Source of the DNA: an uncultured Acidobacteriota bacterium | GTDB lineage: Bacteria; Acidobacteriota; UBA6911 | DNA: 64,000 bases | Direction: 5' to 3' | Assembly: GCA_963827655.1 (NCBI GenBank) | Contig: CAWHCF010000053.1 | Coordinates: 1-64,000, forward strand | Shown here: positions 38,255 to 54,494 of the stretch, piece after piece | Position numbering within the stretch: position 1 is the first letter of the stretch | Layout of the letters: each line of letters begins with the position of its first letter | Made by a program: the position numbers and the translations under genes | Notes under the pieces: model-generated | Database searches by the model: none | Seen by the model: only the letters and a program-made list of their open reading frames with translations | What the model was told of the DNA's origin: nothing

Positions 38255-39799
38255 ATGACACCATCACGTTACTCTTCGCTGTTCCAGATCAATACGAGAG
38301 TCTGGTTGACCGACCTGTCCTCTGGCCTCGGCCGGCGGCGGCGCTGGACGACATTCCGGATGCCGAACTGGACCGCCTGGCTCATTCGGGGTTTGATTGG
38401 ATTTGGATGTTGAGTGTCTGGCAGACAGGTCCAGCCGGGCAACACGTTTCACGCAGTAACCCCGAGTGGCGAAGGGAATTCGAGGAGACTCTGCCGGACC
38501 TTCGGGAAGATGACATCGCAGGGTCCGGGTTCGCCATCACCGGCTACACCGTGCATCAGTCCCTGGGCGGTGACGCGGCCCTGGCCCGCCTTCGCGACCG
38601 CCTGCGGAAACGTGGTCTGAGGTTGATGCTCGATTTTGTCCCGAATCACACCGGCCTTGATCACTCCTGGGTAGAGACTCATCCGGAACACTACATCCCG
38701 GGGACTGAAGCCGAACGGGAGCGGGCGCCAGCAGAACTATACCCGGGTCAAACGCAAGCGCGGCGATTTGATTCTGGCCCACGGGCGCGATCCGTACTTT
38801 CCGGGCTGGCCGGATACGCTGCAACTCGACTACAGCAACCCGCAAACTCAGGAGGCGATGATTGCAGAACTGCTGAAGATCGCCGGCCAATGTGACGGCG
38901 TGCGCTGCGATATGGCCATGCTGGTTCTGCCGGACGTCTTCGAACGAACCTGGGGCCGCCGGTCGCAGCCGTTCTGGCCGCGAGCGATCCGGCAAGTTCG
39001 AGAGCGGGTCCCCGATTTCTGTTTCATGGCCGAGGTCTACTGGGACCTGGAATGGACGTTGCAGCAACAAGGCTTCGACTACGCTTACGACAAACGACTG
39101 TACGACCGTCTCCGCGAGGGTCATGCCCGGCCCGTCCGTGAGCATTTCCACGCCGGGCTCGATTACCAGGACAAACTGGCCCGTTTCCTGGAAAATCACG
39201 ACGAGCCACGCGCCGCCGCTACGTTCACTCCTGAAATTCAGCAGGCCGCAGCCGTCATCACCTTTCTATCGCCAGGATTGCGGTTCTTCCACCAGGGCCA
39301 GTTCGAGGGACGGAGGAAGCGCATCTCGCCCCACCTGGTTCGCGCGCCTCTCGAGCCAACGGACCAGGCGCTGCAACAGTTCTACAACCGGCTGCTTTCC
39401 GCGCTGCGTGTTCCAGCCGTTCGCAACGGGCATTGGCAACTGCTCGAATGCGTGCCGGCATGGGACGGCAACTGGACCTGGGACGGTTTCCTGGCCTTTG
39501 CCTGGCAGGACCCGAGCGGCCAACGGGTGCTGGTGACAGCGAACTACGCTGCCAATCAGGGGCAGTGCTACGTCCGGTTGCCCTTCCCGGACTTGGCCGG
39601 CCGCTCAGTGCGATTCAAGGACCTCATGGGTCCCGCCAGCTACGATCGCGCCGGGAACGATGTAGTGGCAGGCGGCCTTTATCTCGACCTGCCGCCCTGG
39701 GGCTACCATGTCTTCGAAATAAGAGCACTGGGGATTGACTCATGGAAACAGACCGGAACGGCTGGCACTTTCCGTGGCAGCTTTTCCTGTCCGAGCTGA
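38255..39799 (+). pseudogene. GH13 alpha-amylase-family protein with two frameshifts (~38335 and ~38730)
   Basis: Pieces MTPSRYSSLFQINTRVWL / LDDIPDAELD...LMLDFVPNH / HGRDPYFPGW...DGVRCDMAM...AEVYW...FLENHDE are collinear across different frames. Could be assembly indels. Confidence 0.8.
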
Positions 39800-39989
39800 T
39801 CGGTACGGCTGCTTGCTGGTCTGCAGTTCTCTGGCGAGGCGAATCGAAGTAGCGAAGCTAGATCATTTCGAGACTGATCGTCGGCGGTTATTTCACAGGA
39901 TGGCGGCCTCCAATTAACCGTTAAGTCCAGAACCACCGGCAGGCGAAGCTGAATCAATGGCCGTCCCCACATTCTCGAACAGAGCGGCC

Positions 39990-40670
39990 ATGAATGCCCA
40001 TTCCAAAAAAGAAAGCTTCGTTCATAGACACCTCGACCCCGCCAGCCGGATGGGCGAAATCCTGTTCGGCCTGATCATGGTGTTGACCGTTACGCTCACC
40101 GCAGGTCTGACCGTGAGAGAGGGCGGTACCGGAGTGCGCGAGCTTCTTTTCGCAGCGCTGGGCTGCAACCTCGCCTGGGGAATTATCGACGGTATCATGT
40201 ACGTCATGAACCGCATGGCCGAGCGCAGCGTCAGGTCGCGTCTCATTCGGGCGATTCAAGCCACGCCCAGCAAAGACGTCGCGCTCGAAATTATCCGGAA
40301 TGAAATCGAATCAGAACTGGAATCTATCGCTCGTCCCGAGGATCGTGAGGTTTTCTACCGGTCCACGCTCAAGCATCTCACCCAGGGCGGCGTAATACTG
40401 AAGACCACATTAAGGAAGGATGACTTCTATGGCGGGCTCGTTTGTTTCTGGCTGGTTTTCGTCTCGTGCCTGCCGGCGGCGGCACCCTTCTTGATCTTTT
40501 CAGAACCGACGCGGGCGCTGCGCGTCTCTAACTTTCTCCTGCTCGCGATGCTCTTTGCTGTCGGCTATAAATGGGCGGCTTATGCCAACGCCAGCCGACT
40601 GCTCTTCGGCCTGGCGATGGTGGCCATTGGGCTCGCGCTGGTCGGCGTGGCCGTGCTTCTGGGGGGATAA
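39990..40670 (+). CDS. VIT1/CCC1-like integral membrane protein
   Basis: EILFGLIMVLT and GCNLAWGIIDG motifs; 2 TM + soluble loop + 3 TM layout. Confidence 0.7.
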   Translation: MNAHSKKESFVHRHLDPASRMGEILFGLIMVLTVTLTAGLTVREGGTGVRELLFAALGCNLAWGIIDGIMYVMNRMAERSVRSRLIRAIQATPSKDVALEIIRNEIESELESIARPEDREVFYRSTLKHLTQGGVILKTTLRKDDFYGGLVCFWLVFVSCLPAAAPFLIFSEPTRALRVSNFLLLAMLFAVGYKWAAYANASRLLFGLAMVAIGLALVGVAVLLGG

Positions 40671-41326
40671 TGGCGCGTAGCACACTCACGACCGTGGTAG
40701 CGGCGCTGGTTTTGCTCGCCGGTAATGCATCCGGCCAGACGACGAGCTCCAGTCCCACAGCGCCTGCGCCGCAAACACCCATGAACCCCTGGTCATTCAA
40801 CGCCTCCGCCTATACCTATCTCGTGCCAGACTCCCAGAACTACGTGAACCCCAACTTCACGGCAGATCGCGGCTGGTTTCACCTCGAAGCCCGCTATAAC
40901 TACGAGGCCATCAAGGCGGGCTCCTTGTGGGTGGGATACAACTTTCAGGTCGGGAGCAAGCTCGCCTTGGAGGTGACTCCAATGGTCGGCGCTGTTTTTG
41001 GGGACCTCAATGGAATCGCACCAGGCTACAACCTGTCGCTCAGCTTTTGGAAGGTTGAGCTGTCCAGCCAGAGCGAGTATGTTTTTGACGCTCAGGACCG
41101 CTCTGGTAACTTCTTCTACACGTGGTCGGAGCTCACGTACTCGCCCGTGGACTGGTTCCGGACAGGCTTGGTGGTCCAGAGGACCAAGGCCTACCAAACC
41201 GAGTTGGACATTCAACGAGGCCTGCTGGCGGGCTTCTCCTATAAGAAGGTCGACTTTACGGCCCACGTGTTCAATTTCGGTTGGACCGACCCGACAGTCG
41301 TTTTAGCGGTCGCCGTGAATTTTTGA
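40670..41326 (+). CDS. Exported beta-strand-rich protein, putative outer-membrane beta-barrel
   Basis: Signal peptide MARSTLTTVVAALVLLAGNASG; alternating aromatic/polar strands; C-terminal Phe; TAATG-coupled to the upstream gene. Confidence 0.65.
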   Translation: MARSTLTTVVAALVLLAGNASGQTTSSSPTAPAPQTPMNPWSFNASAYTYLVPDSQNYVNPNFTADRGWFHLEARYNYEAIKAGSLWVGYNFQVGSKLALEVTPMVGAVFGDLNGIAPGYNLSLSFWKVELSSQSEYVFDAQDRSGNFFYTWSELTYSPVDWFRTGLVVQRTKAYQTELDIQRGLLAGFSYKKVDFTAHVFNFGWTDPTVVLAVAVNF

Positions 41327-41357
41327 AACCAAAAGCGCCTTGCCAACGGAGAGACTC

Positions 41358-43430
41358 ATGCAAACAGCTCAAGCAATGACAGACGAGGAAGCCGCTCAAC
41401 TGTGCATCAATACGATCCGCACCCTTTCAATGGACGCGGTGCAACAAGCCAACTCGGGTCATCCCGGAGCGCCAATGGCAATGGCGCCGGTCGTCTACTG
41501 TCTGTGGCAACGCTTCCTGAGGTTTGATCCCGACCACCCGATCTGGCCCAATCGCGACCGCTTCGTCCTCTCGGCGGGTCATGCTTCGATGCTGTTGTAT
41601 TCGATGTTGCACCTGACCGGCGTCAAAGCGGTCAATCCCAAGTATGAAACGCTGGGCCATCTGTCGGTGACACTGGAAGACATCAAGCGCTTTCGGCAGC
41701 TCGACAGCAAATGCCCCGGCCACCCGGAATATCGTTGGACCTCGGGCGTCGAGACGACCACCGGCCCTCTGGGGCAAGGGCTGGCGACCAGTGTTGGCAT
41801 GGCGATTGCCGCCCGGTGGTTCGCGAGTACCTTCAATCGCCCGGGTTACGAGCTGTTCGACTACGACGTCTATGCCCTGTGTGGCGACGGCTGCATGATG
41901 GAAGGGATCTCCGGAGAGGGCGCTTCGCTGGCCGGGCATCTCAAACTTGCCAACCTGTGTTGGATCTACGACAACAACCAGATCACCATCGAGGGAAATA
42001 CAGCATTGGCTTACAGCGATGACGTGGCCACACGATTCATGGGTTACGGCTGGAACGTGACGCGCGTCGGTGACGCCAACGATCTCGAGCTGCTCGAGCG
42101 CGCCTTCCGCACCTTCAAGAATGAGAAGGAGCGGCCTACCCTGATCATCGTCGATAGCCACATCGCCTACGGCGCGCCCAACAAGCAAGACACCAGCGCC
42201 GCGCACGGCGAGCCTCTTGGCGAACAGGAGGTCCGATTAACGAAGCGTCGCTACGGCTGGCCCGAAGATGCGAAGTTCCTCGTGCCTGACGGCGTGCGCG
42301 AGCATTTCCAGGCGGGCATGGGGGCGCGCGGGCAGGCATTGCGCGACGCATGGATGGCCAGGTTTGAGGAATACAAGAAGCAGTATCCCGAGATCGCCGA
42401 CCTCGGCTATCGGATGCTACGCCGTGAGCTGCCCGAGGGCTGGGATCGAGGATTGCCGGCCTTTGCCGCGGACCCCAAGGGAATCGCGACTCGGGACGCG
42501 TCCGGCCAGGTACTCAACGCGCTGGCGAAGAACGTGCCGTGGCTGCTCGGAGGCTCGGCAGATCTCGGCCCCTCATGCAAGACGCGCCTCACGTTTGAGG
42601 GCGCCGGCGAGTTCAGCGCCGAGAACTTCGGCGGACGGAACCTCCACTTCGGAATCCGCGAACACGCCATGGGAGCCATTCTGAACGGGCTATCACTTTC
42701 GAAGATTCGGCCGTTCGGCTCGGGCTTCTTGATCTTCAGCGACTACGGTCGGGCCGCGATTCGCTTGAGCGCGCTGATGGAAATTCCCGTTATTCACATT
42801 TTTACCCATGATTCCATTGGAGTAGGCGAAGACGGGCCGACCCACCAGCCGGTAGAGCATCTCGCCTCGTTGCGTGCCATCCCTGGACTGGTCACTCTGC
42901 GGCCCGGCGACGCCAACGAAGTGGTGGAGGCTTACCGCTATATCATGCGACTGCACCACCAGCCTGCGGTGCTCGTGCTGTCGCGCCAGGCGATGCCGAT
43001 CCTGGATCGCAGTCAGTACGCGCCCGCGTCGGGCGTTGCGCGCGGCGCTTACGTGCTCGCCGACTCACCCGGCGAGAATCCAGAGGTGATCCTCATCGCC
43101 TCGGGAAGCGAAGTCAGTCTGGCCGTGCACGCTCACGAGAAGCTGGTCACCGAAGGCATCCGCTCGAGAGTGGTCTCCATGCCGTCCTGGGAGATCTTCG
43201 ACCACCAGCCGCAGGAATACCGGGATAGTGTCCTTCCGCCCAGCGTGAAGGCGCGAGTCGCAGTGGAGCAGGGTTCGACCTTCGGCTGGGAGCGATACGT
43301 TGGCCTGTCGGGTCGAACTATAGGGATGAAGACTTTTGGGGCTTCGGCTCCACTTAAAGAGCTTCAGAGAAAGTTCGGATTCGAGCCGGAACGGGTCGCG
43401 GCGGCTGCCAGGGAGTTACTGGGCAGGTAG
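41358..43430 (+). CDS. tkt: Transketolase
   Basis: ANSGHPG, RDRFVLSAGH, GDGCMMEG, FGIREHAM and THDSIGVGEDGPTHQP motifs. Confidence 0.97.
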   Translation: MQTAQAMTDEEAAQLCINTIRTLSMDAVQQANSGHPGAPMAMAPVVYCLWQRFLRFDPDHPIWPNRDRFVLSAGHASMLLYSMLHLTGVKAVNPKYETLGHLSVTLEDIKRFRQLDSKCPGHPEYRWTSGVETTTGPLGQGLATSVGMAIAARWFASTFNRPGYELFDYDVYALCGDGCMMEGISGEGASLAGHLKLANLCWIYDNNQITIEGNTALAYSDDVATRFMGYGWNVTRVGDANDLELLERAFRTFKNEKERPTLIIVDSHIAYGAPNKQDTSAAHGEPLGEQEVRLTKRRYGWPEDAKFLVPDGVREHFQAGMGARGQALRDAWMARFEEYKKQYPEIADLGYRMLRRELPEGWDRGLPAFAADPKGIATRDASGQVLNALAKNVPWLLGGSADLGPSCKTRLTFEGAGEFSAENFGGRNLHFGIREHAMGAILNGLSLSKIRPFGSGFLIFSDYGRAAIRLSALMEIPVIHIFTHDSIGVGEDGPTHQPVEHLASLRAIPGLVTLRPGDANEVVEAYRYIMRLHHQPAVLVLSRQAMPILDRSQYAPASGVARGAYVLADSPGENPEVILIASGSEVSLAVHAHEKLVTEGIRSRVVSMPSWEIFDHQPQEYRDSVLPPSVKARVAVEQGSTFGWERYVGLSGRTIGMKTFGASAPLKELQRKFGFEPERVAAAARELLGR

Positions 43431-43507
43431 GCTGCGCCTTTGCCCCCGAACTGGACGGCTGTCTGCCGTGAAAACGGGAAAGCGAATGGAGGTGTTGTGA
43501 AGCAGCC

Positions 43508-45577
<2,070 letters not shown>

Positions 45578-45650
45578 TAGCTCCGCGGCCCGATGACGGC
45601 GATTGGTTGCGGTAATCGGTAGTGGCCTCGACCACGTGATGAGTGACGGG

Positions 45651-46525
45651 CTAAGATTCCTCGCGGTTCGAGGATTCGGAACCCGGCGCCGGGCGGTCGA
45701 GATACTTCACGAAAACAACCTCGTTGCGGGCTTCGTTGTAGAGCAGCTCATCGACGGTTGACCGGGCAAGCAAGATTCCGAACCCGCCCGGACGCAATCC
45801 CTTTTGTTCCCGGACAGGCAAATGTTCCATGGGTTGATCGGCCGGATGGCTGATGGCGGCGTGGGACAGGTCCTCAAGGCGAAAGCCCGGTCCGGGATCG
45901 GCGATCCGATAGAGCAGCATGTGCTGCGTCCGGAGGTACGCAATCCGTACCTTGCGATTGGGATCCAGCTTGCCGCCCCATTCGATCGCATTACTCAGCA
46001 GCTCGTGGAAGGCCCGGCCAACCGCCTCGCGGACTTCTTCGGGCAGATCGGCCTTCAGCTGAGCCATGAAGCCCTGAATCCGCTCGGCCGCCCGCAGGTC
46101 GCATGGGACGAGCAACTCCACCCAGTGGGGTTGGGCCGAGACGACTTCAATGGGCGGCGAAGTGGGGGAGGCCGACACGGCATCCTGTACCAGTTCAACC
46201 AGACTCGACGGGTCGACCGGTTTGGTTATGTACTGGTAGGCATGCTCGCGTATGGCCCGCAGCAGCGTTTCCGGGGTCCCATCGGAGGTCATAACCACCA
46301 CTCGGGCGCTCGTAGGCTTGCTGCGCAGGTGCGCCAGCAGTTCAAGCCCGTTCATTCGAGGCATCCAGATGTCGGTCAAAAGCAGGTCAAACTCTGCCGA
46401 GCGCGCTCGTTTCAAGCCAGTCGCGCCATTGGCGGCGGTCGATACATGGAAACCGGCCGTCTTGAGCACCTCGCTCAGGAACAGGCGGGTGGCACGCTCG
46501 TCCTCTACTATCAGAATCTTTTTTT

Positions 46526-46529
<4 letters not shown>
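45651..46529 (-). CDS. Response regulator receiver fused to an RsbW/SpoIIAB-like ATPase (HATPase_c_2)
   Basis: KILIVED...[11 protein letters not shown]...KP receiver; C-terminal [18 protein letters not shown] and GGFGI motifs; ATGA overlap with the kinase stop. Confidence 0.85.
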
Positions 46530-49579
<3,050 letters not shown>

Positions 49580-49688
49580 AGGCTCCGCTCGCAGGTTTCT
49601 GTCTGCGAGATATTGTACCAAGTCGCAGCGCGTTTCTTAGGCGCTTAGTGAATCGTTCAAACCAACATGTTGTCGTTCGCAAGGGACT

Positions 49689-49716
49689 TTCGTTCGGGGC
49701 GAAGTCCCCGAACGAA
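49689..49716. terminator. Perfect 11-bp hairpin; candidate terminator or REP
   Basis: ttcgttcgggg-cgaagt-ccccgaacgaa, just downstream of the gene ending at 49742. Confidence 0.5.
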
Positions 49717-49741
49717 CCTTAGCGTCTTTGTGTCTTCGTGG

Positions 49742-50953
49742 TTAAGCGACCGCCAAGACACACAGGCTAATCAGAACCGTCGCGTCGTGCAGCATACCGC
49801 GCGGAAATGATATCGACATGGTCCCGATTTGCTGCGCGATCCTCGGAATGCTGAGAGCCAGCGGAACCAGAAGCTTCAAGGAACGCGCCGAAATCCCAAG
49901 CAGTGCCAGCCAGATCAGCATGGGCGACATGGTCCTGGCAAATGCATAGGCGTCGGCCCAGACATCCGGTTTGGCCACAAACATCGCCGAACAGGCAAAG
50001 ATTGCGGTCGCCAATTCCAGGAGTCCAAAGTTCTTCTTCCAGATGAAACCGGCCGCTAACCATAGCGCGAACCATAACCCCAGGAGCGCCAGGTAATCCA
50101 GAAATGCCGCCATGGCGAGCCATTGTCCGGTTATTTCAAATTGGACGGGTTTAAGGGTGCGCGTCACAAGGCCGCTGAAAGGAATAGCCGACAACCACGG
50201 GGTCGCATCACCCCACAGTCTTACGTGTATGAAAAGCGTCCAACCCAGCCACGGAAGAGTCATCGCCATGCCCAGCGCCGCCTCCTTGAATCGTCTCTGG
50301 AAAATGCAAAAAAGACAGAAAGCGGCCGGAAGAACCAGGCCGGTCTCGCGTGCCAGCGGCGCCAGAAGCAACACCGGATAGATTCTCCACGACGGCTGAT
50401 AAACGCCGTAATACGCAAAAGCAACGCAAAGAGCCGCCAGGAGACTATCGACCGTCATGCGATCGAGAGAGGTCGCGACCGCGGGAACCATCAAGAAACT
50501 GAGACCCCAAAAGGCGTTGCAAGATGCGCTTTGGCACAGCCGGCTTAACCACCACGATCCTGCGAATACTGAAGCCAGGACAATGCCGATGTAAGCGGCA
50601 GGAATCAAGTCGGCTCTTCCCAAAGCCATGACGTACGCCAGTGCCGGAAGCAGTATCCGGCGCCAGCGCAGCGGGGAGTTATCCACGTACTGAAGGAATT
50701 CACCCTGCAAGAAAGGGTCATGGGAGACATAGTAGTAAAACTGGCCGTCGTATCCTTGACTCTGGGGAACACGATACAAATCCCGATCCACCAGAGAAGG
50801 GGGAAGCGCGAGCTTATCTCCGATGCAGAAAAGCCCCGTCCAGTTACCCCCGTAGTTGTAGCGCACATCGAAGAATAGCCACGCCCAAGCCAGCGCCAGG
50901 GCGAGCGCGGCACAGCCGAAGCTTCGTCGTTCCGTGGCGCTTATTTGACGCAT
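49742..50953 (-). CDS. Polytopic membrane protein, GT-C-like (cell-surface glycopolymer formation family)
   Basis: Many TM segments; GYDGQFYYY...DP motif in the first extracytoplasmic loop; RRILLP and LARE motifs. Confidence 0.6.
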   Translation of the reverse strand: MRQISATERRSFGCAALALALAWAWLFFDVRYNYGGNWTGLFCIGDKLALPPSLVDRDLYRVPQSQGYDGQFYYYVSHDPFLQGEFLQYVDNSPLRWRRILLPALAYVMALGRADLIPAAYIGIVLASVFAGSWWLSRLCQSASCNAFWGLSFLMVPAVATSLDRMTVDSLLAALCVAFAYYGVYQPSWRIYPVLLLAPLARETGLVLPAAFCLFCIFQRRFKEAALGMAMTLPWLGWTLFIHVRLWGDATPWLSAIPFSGLVTRTLKPVQFEITGQWLAMAAFLDYLALLGLWFALWLAAGFIWKKNFGLLELATAIFACSAMFVAKPDVWADAYAFARTMSPMLIWLALLGISARSLKLLVPLALSIPRIAQQIGTMSISFPRGMLHDATVLISLCVLAVA

Positions 50954-51544
50954 ATTCAAAGATAGACCAGACAAGGGCTCGAGTAAGAATTACGGTACAT
51001 TTTGCCGGCCGCCGCAGGAGCGGCAATCGCCCGGGTGATAGGCGCGAAGCGCGTAAGATCACTCAGAATAGCGCCATCGATATCGCGGATCATCAACAAA
51101 TGTTTGACGTGGCGTGGAAAAGGATCCATGATCCGGCACCAAGATCAAATTACCTTGCAAGGGACGATCGTCAGGCGGCTTCCGGGCGCCGATTGCCGGC
51201 GGATGATTCAGTCAGGCTGCGGGGCAGTATCCTGTAACGTTCTGACGATCCGATGCACCATTACTAGACGAGCCGGCCGCCATTGGCCGGTCAGGTCACG
51301 GCTTGACCGGCAAAGCCGACCGATTTCAAGAGTCGCGGCCGGCTGATACCCAGAGAGGTTCGCCCCGCCAACCGAGCTGAACCTGCTGACAGCCCTCGGG
51401 CTTTATGACGCTAACCAAAGTCAGTAACAATGTCTGAGGGACACCATTACAAAGTAAACCACTCCTTCTATCGTGTGTTCCCCCGGTGAGGGCTTGGGGT
51501 CGTGCGGCCTCAAGAAAACAACAACCAAACAGAAAGGATTGACC

Positions 51545-52417
51545 ATGGCAAGAAGAGCAGTGCAGGTAGGCATCAACAACTACAAGAGCATCGGCGACCT
51601 GAACGGATGCCTCAATGATGTCACCAACGTGCGTGGCATCTTGAAGGGTCTGCTCGGATTCACCAATGAAGAAATCAGGGTTCTCACGGACGACCGCGCT
51701 ACCAAGGCTAACATCCTGGATCGGCTCAATTGGCTGGTCAAGGGCGCCAAGTCGGGTGACTATCTTGTCTTCCATTACTCCGGGCACGGCTCCCAGATCC
51801 GCGATCGACAAGGCGATGAGCTGTCCGACAGTCTGGACGAGCTGATCTGCCCTTGGGACATGGATTGGAATGCCGGTACCTACATCACCGATGATGATCT
51901 CAACAAGATTTTTACCACTCTTCCGGCAGGTGTCCTGCTCGAGGTCTATCTGGACTCGTGCAATTCGGGTACCGGGCTGAGAGTGCTTGACCTGGGCCGA
52001 CCTTCCGAGCTCGGGCCGCCGCACCCCACCCTGAACCGATATATCGAGCCGCCGGTCGATCTTCTCGCTCGATTCGAGGGCGAGGAAGACCAGCTCAAAC
52101 GCAAGAAGCTGCTGGCAGGCGCTACTCGCGCCCCTGTGCACCATATCCTCTGGGCTGGATGCATGGACAATCAAACCTGTGCCGACGCCTTCATCGATGG
52201 CAGCTACAACGGGGCCTTCAGCTATTACTTCTGCAAAGTCATGCGTGAAACCGGCAATCGACTCTCGCGGGCCGAGGTTCTGAGCCGTGTGCGCAGCGCC
52301 TTGAAGAAGGGCAACTATACCCAGATCCCGCAACTGGAAACCGAGGCCACAACCAGGAAGTCCCGTTTTGCGGCGCCCGGCGAAGGCACCACTGCCCGTG
52401 GCGCGGGCAAAGCCTGA
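51545..52417 (+). CDS. Metacaspase (peptidase C14 family)
   Basis: VGINNY...LNGCLNDV, catalytic dyad HYSGHG and DSCNSG, GAFSYY and QIPQL; AAGGA RBS. Confidence 0.92.
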   Translation: MARRAVQVGINNYKSIGDLNGCLNDVTNVRGILKGLLGFTNEEIRVLTDDRATKANILDRLNWLVKGAKSGDYLVFHYSGHGSQIRDRQGDELSDSLDELICPWDMDWNAGTYITDDDLNKIFTTLPAGVLLEVYLDSCNSGTGLRVLDLGRPSELGPPHPTLNRYIEPPVDLLARFEGEEDQLKRKKLLAGATRAPVHHILWAGCMDNQTCADAFIDGSYNGAFSYYFCKVMRETGNRLSRAEVLSRVRSALKKGNYTQIPQLETEATTRKSRFAAPGEGTTARGAGKA

Positions 52418-52514
52418 AACGACAGCAAGACCGTTTAGCCCGGATGGCTTCAAAGACTGGTCACGCATTCCTGATTGGAATGAGTCATCCGGCGGCCCCC
52501 CAAACTGCCGCGTA

Positions 52515-52725
52515 CACCCGACTGCCCGGAAAGCGGGCGTCGGGTGGCGCTGGCGTTGTTGGGGATAGCAACTTCAGGCGACGGGCCGTCCGAGACTGTT
52601 GCAAAACCCCCCGGTACATGTGCGGACGGGCTATCAAGCCCTCCGCTCCGGCACGAAAACAAGTTGATAGACGTTGCAAATACTAGACAGGCTTCATGTC
52701 GGACGGGCATCAAGCCGATCCGTCG
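52515..52725. repeat. REP-like hairpins plus a MITE left end
   Basis: Hairpin cacccgac-t-gcccg-gaaag-cgggc-gtcgggtg (52515-52546). gagactgttgcaaaac (52592-52607) is followed by cccggtacatgtgcggacgggctatcaagccc, nearly identical to ~15585-15632. Confidence 0.7.
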
Positions 52726-52739
52726 CGGCGATTACTTCG

Positions 52740-53125
52740 TGACGCAAGGCGATCAATGGGATCGAGCTTCGCCGCCCGCAGTGCCGGCAGGAAACTCGCG
52801 CAGGCCGCAACACCAGCCAGCAACACGCATGCTGCAACCAGCGTCACGGGATCGTACGGCATAAGGCCGAACAGCAGCGGGCTCGCGCCGCGTCCCGCAA
52901 CCAGAGCAAGCGCCACGCCAATCAAATTCCAATAATTATCAGCCGAGCCGCTTCGCGCATCACCATTGTCAGCACCTGCCCGGGCCGCGCTCCTAACGCA
53001 AGGCGAATGCCAATTTCGGTCCGGCGGCGCGCCACAAGATAAGAGATCACTCCGTACAGTCCGACCATGGCCAGAAGCGCGGCCAGGAGGCCGAAGAAGC
53101 CGGACAGCATCGCCATCCGCCTCCG
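52740..53125 (-). pseudogene. C-terminal remnant of an FtsX/MacB-type (ADOP-like) ABC permease
   Basis: LSGFFGLLAALLAMVGLYGVISYLVARRRTEIGIRLALGA, a frameshift, then LLFGLMPYDP...LPALRAAKLDP; no N-terminal part. Confidence 0.8.
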
Positions 53126-53256
53126 CGCCGACCATGGTGCCGTCTCCAGGTCCGCGTCTCCCTGGAAACTCGCTGGAAACAAAAGGAGAAAACATCTATG
53201 CTGAACCGGCTCGCGTGGAGCAGATTCCTGTCTTTATTCGTCGCGCCTCCTTAAGT

Positions 53257-54483
53257 ATGAATGCTCTGGTTCGAATTCAGCTTTCGGCAATGATGTTCCT
53301 CGAATACTTCATCTGGGGAGCCTGGTTTGTGACCCTGGGGACCTACCTGGGCACGGCGCTCAATTATGACGGAGGCCAGATCGGGCTTGCCTACGGCACC
53401 ACGGCGGTGGCGGCGATCGTCTCGCCGGTTTTCGTGGGCATGATCGCCGACCGGTTTTTCGCCACCGAGAAAATCCTGGCGCTGCTGCACCTCGCCGGCG
53501 GGCTACTCCTTTACTACGCGTCAACGGTTTCCACCTTCGGTCTCTTCTACGCGACGCTGCTCGGCTACACGCTCTGCTATATGCCGACGCTCGCGCTGAC
53601 GAACTCGCTCTCCTTTCACCAGATGAAGGAGCCGGGAAAGACCTTTCCATCGATCCGCGTCCTGGGCACGATCGGTTGGATCGTCGCGGGGTTGATCATC
53701 GGCCGGCTTGCCCTCGAGGCGACGGCAGTCCCGCTTCGGATCGCAGCGGTCGCCTCGATTGTCATGGGTCTGTATTGCCTGACGCTTCCCCACACTCCTC
53801 CGAAGAAGACCGGCGAACAGGTCTCCATCCGAGTCGCGCTGGGCCTTGACGCGCTCGGCCTCCTGAAGGACCGCTCGTTTGCGATCTTCACGGTGAGTTC
53901 GTTTCTCGTCTGTATCCCGCTCCAGTTTTATTACGCCTTCACGAATTTCTTTTTGAATGAGCTGGGCGTGCCGGAGCCGGCAAGCAAGATGACGATGGGG
54001 CAAATGTCGGAGATCTTCTTCATGCTGGTGATGCCGTTTTTCTTCGTTCGGCTGGGAGTGAAGAAGATGCTTCTGGTCGGAATGGCTTGCTGGGCGGCCC
54101 GCTATCTACTTTTTACCCTGGGGGACTCAGGGACGCTAGTGTGGATGCTCTACGGGGGGATCATCCTGCACGGAATCTGCTACGACTTTTTCTTTGTCAC
54201 CGGTCAGATTTACGTCGACCGGGCCGCGCCGCCCGAGATTCGCGCCGCCGCTCAGGGCTTCCTGACCTTCGTGACCTGGGGAATCGGGATGTTAGTGGGC
54301 TCCTGGGCCTCGGGGCAGATCGTGCAATACTTTACCTATTCGGACGGCGCCGGGGTCGTGCGCCATCACTGGGACAGAATCTGGGCGTTCCCCGCGCTTG
54401 CGGCTGCGGCCATTCTGGTCTTTTTCGCTCTTTTCTTTCGCGAGCCGGTGAAACCGAAGGAGTCGAAGGCGCTGGCCGCGTGA
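53257..54483 (+). CDS. Nucleoside:H+ symporter (NupG/XapB-family MFS)
   Basis: MMFLEYFIWGAW, IADRFF, IRVLGTIGW, GQMSEI and LHGICYDFFFV motifs. Confidence 0.9.
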   Translation: MNALVRIQLSAMMFLEYFIWGAWFVTLGTYLGTALNYDGGQIGLAYGTTAVAAIVSPVFVGMIADRFFATEKILALLHLAGGLLLYYASTVSTFGLFYATLLGYTLCYMPTLALTNSLSFHQMKEPGKTFPSIRVLGTIGWIVAGLIIGRLALEATAVPLRIAAVASIVMGLYCLTLPHTPPKKTGEQVSIRVALGLDALGLLKDRSFAIFTVSSFLVCIPLQFYYAFTNFFLNELGVPEPASKMTMGQMSEIFFMLVMPFFFVRLGVKKMLLVGMACWAARYLLFTLGDSGTLVWMLYGGIILHGICYDFFFVTGQIYVDRAAPPEIRAAAQGFLTFVTWGIGMLVGSWASGQIVQYFTYSDGAGVVRHHWDRIWAFPALAAAAILVFFALFFREPVKPKESKALAA

Positions 54484-54494
54484 ATTGAGACTGC

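Noticed and set aside
51290-51430. Possible c-di-GMP-like riboswitch upstream of the metacaspase
   Set aside because: Only a GGCAAA fragment matches. I could not build the conserved stems by eye; an Infernal/Rfam scan is needed.
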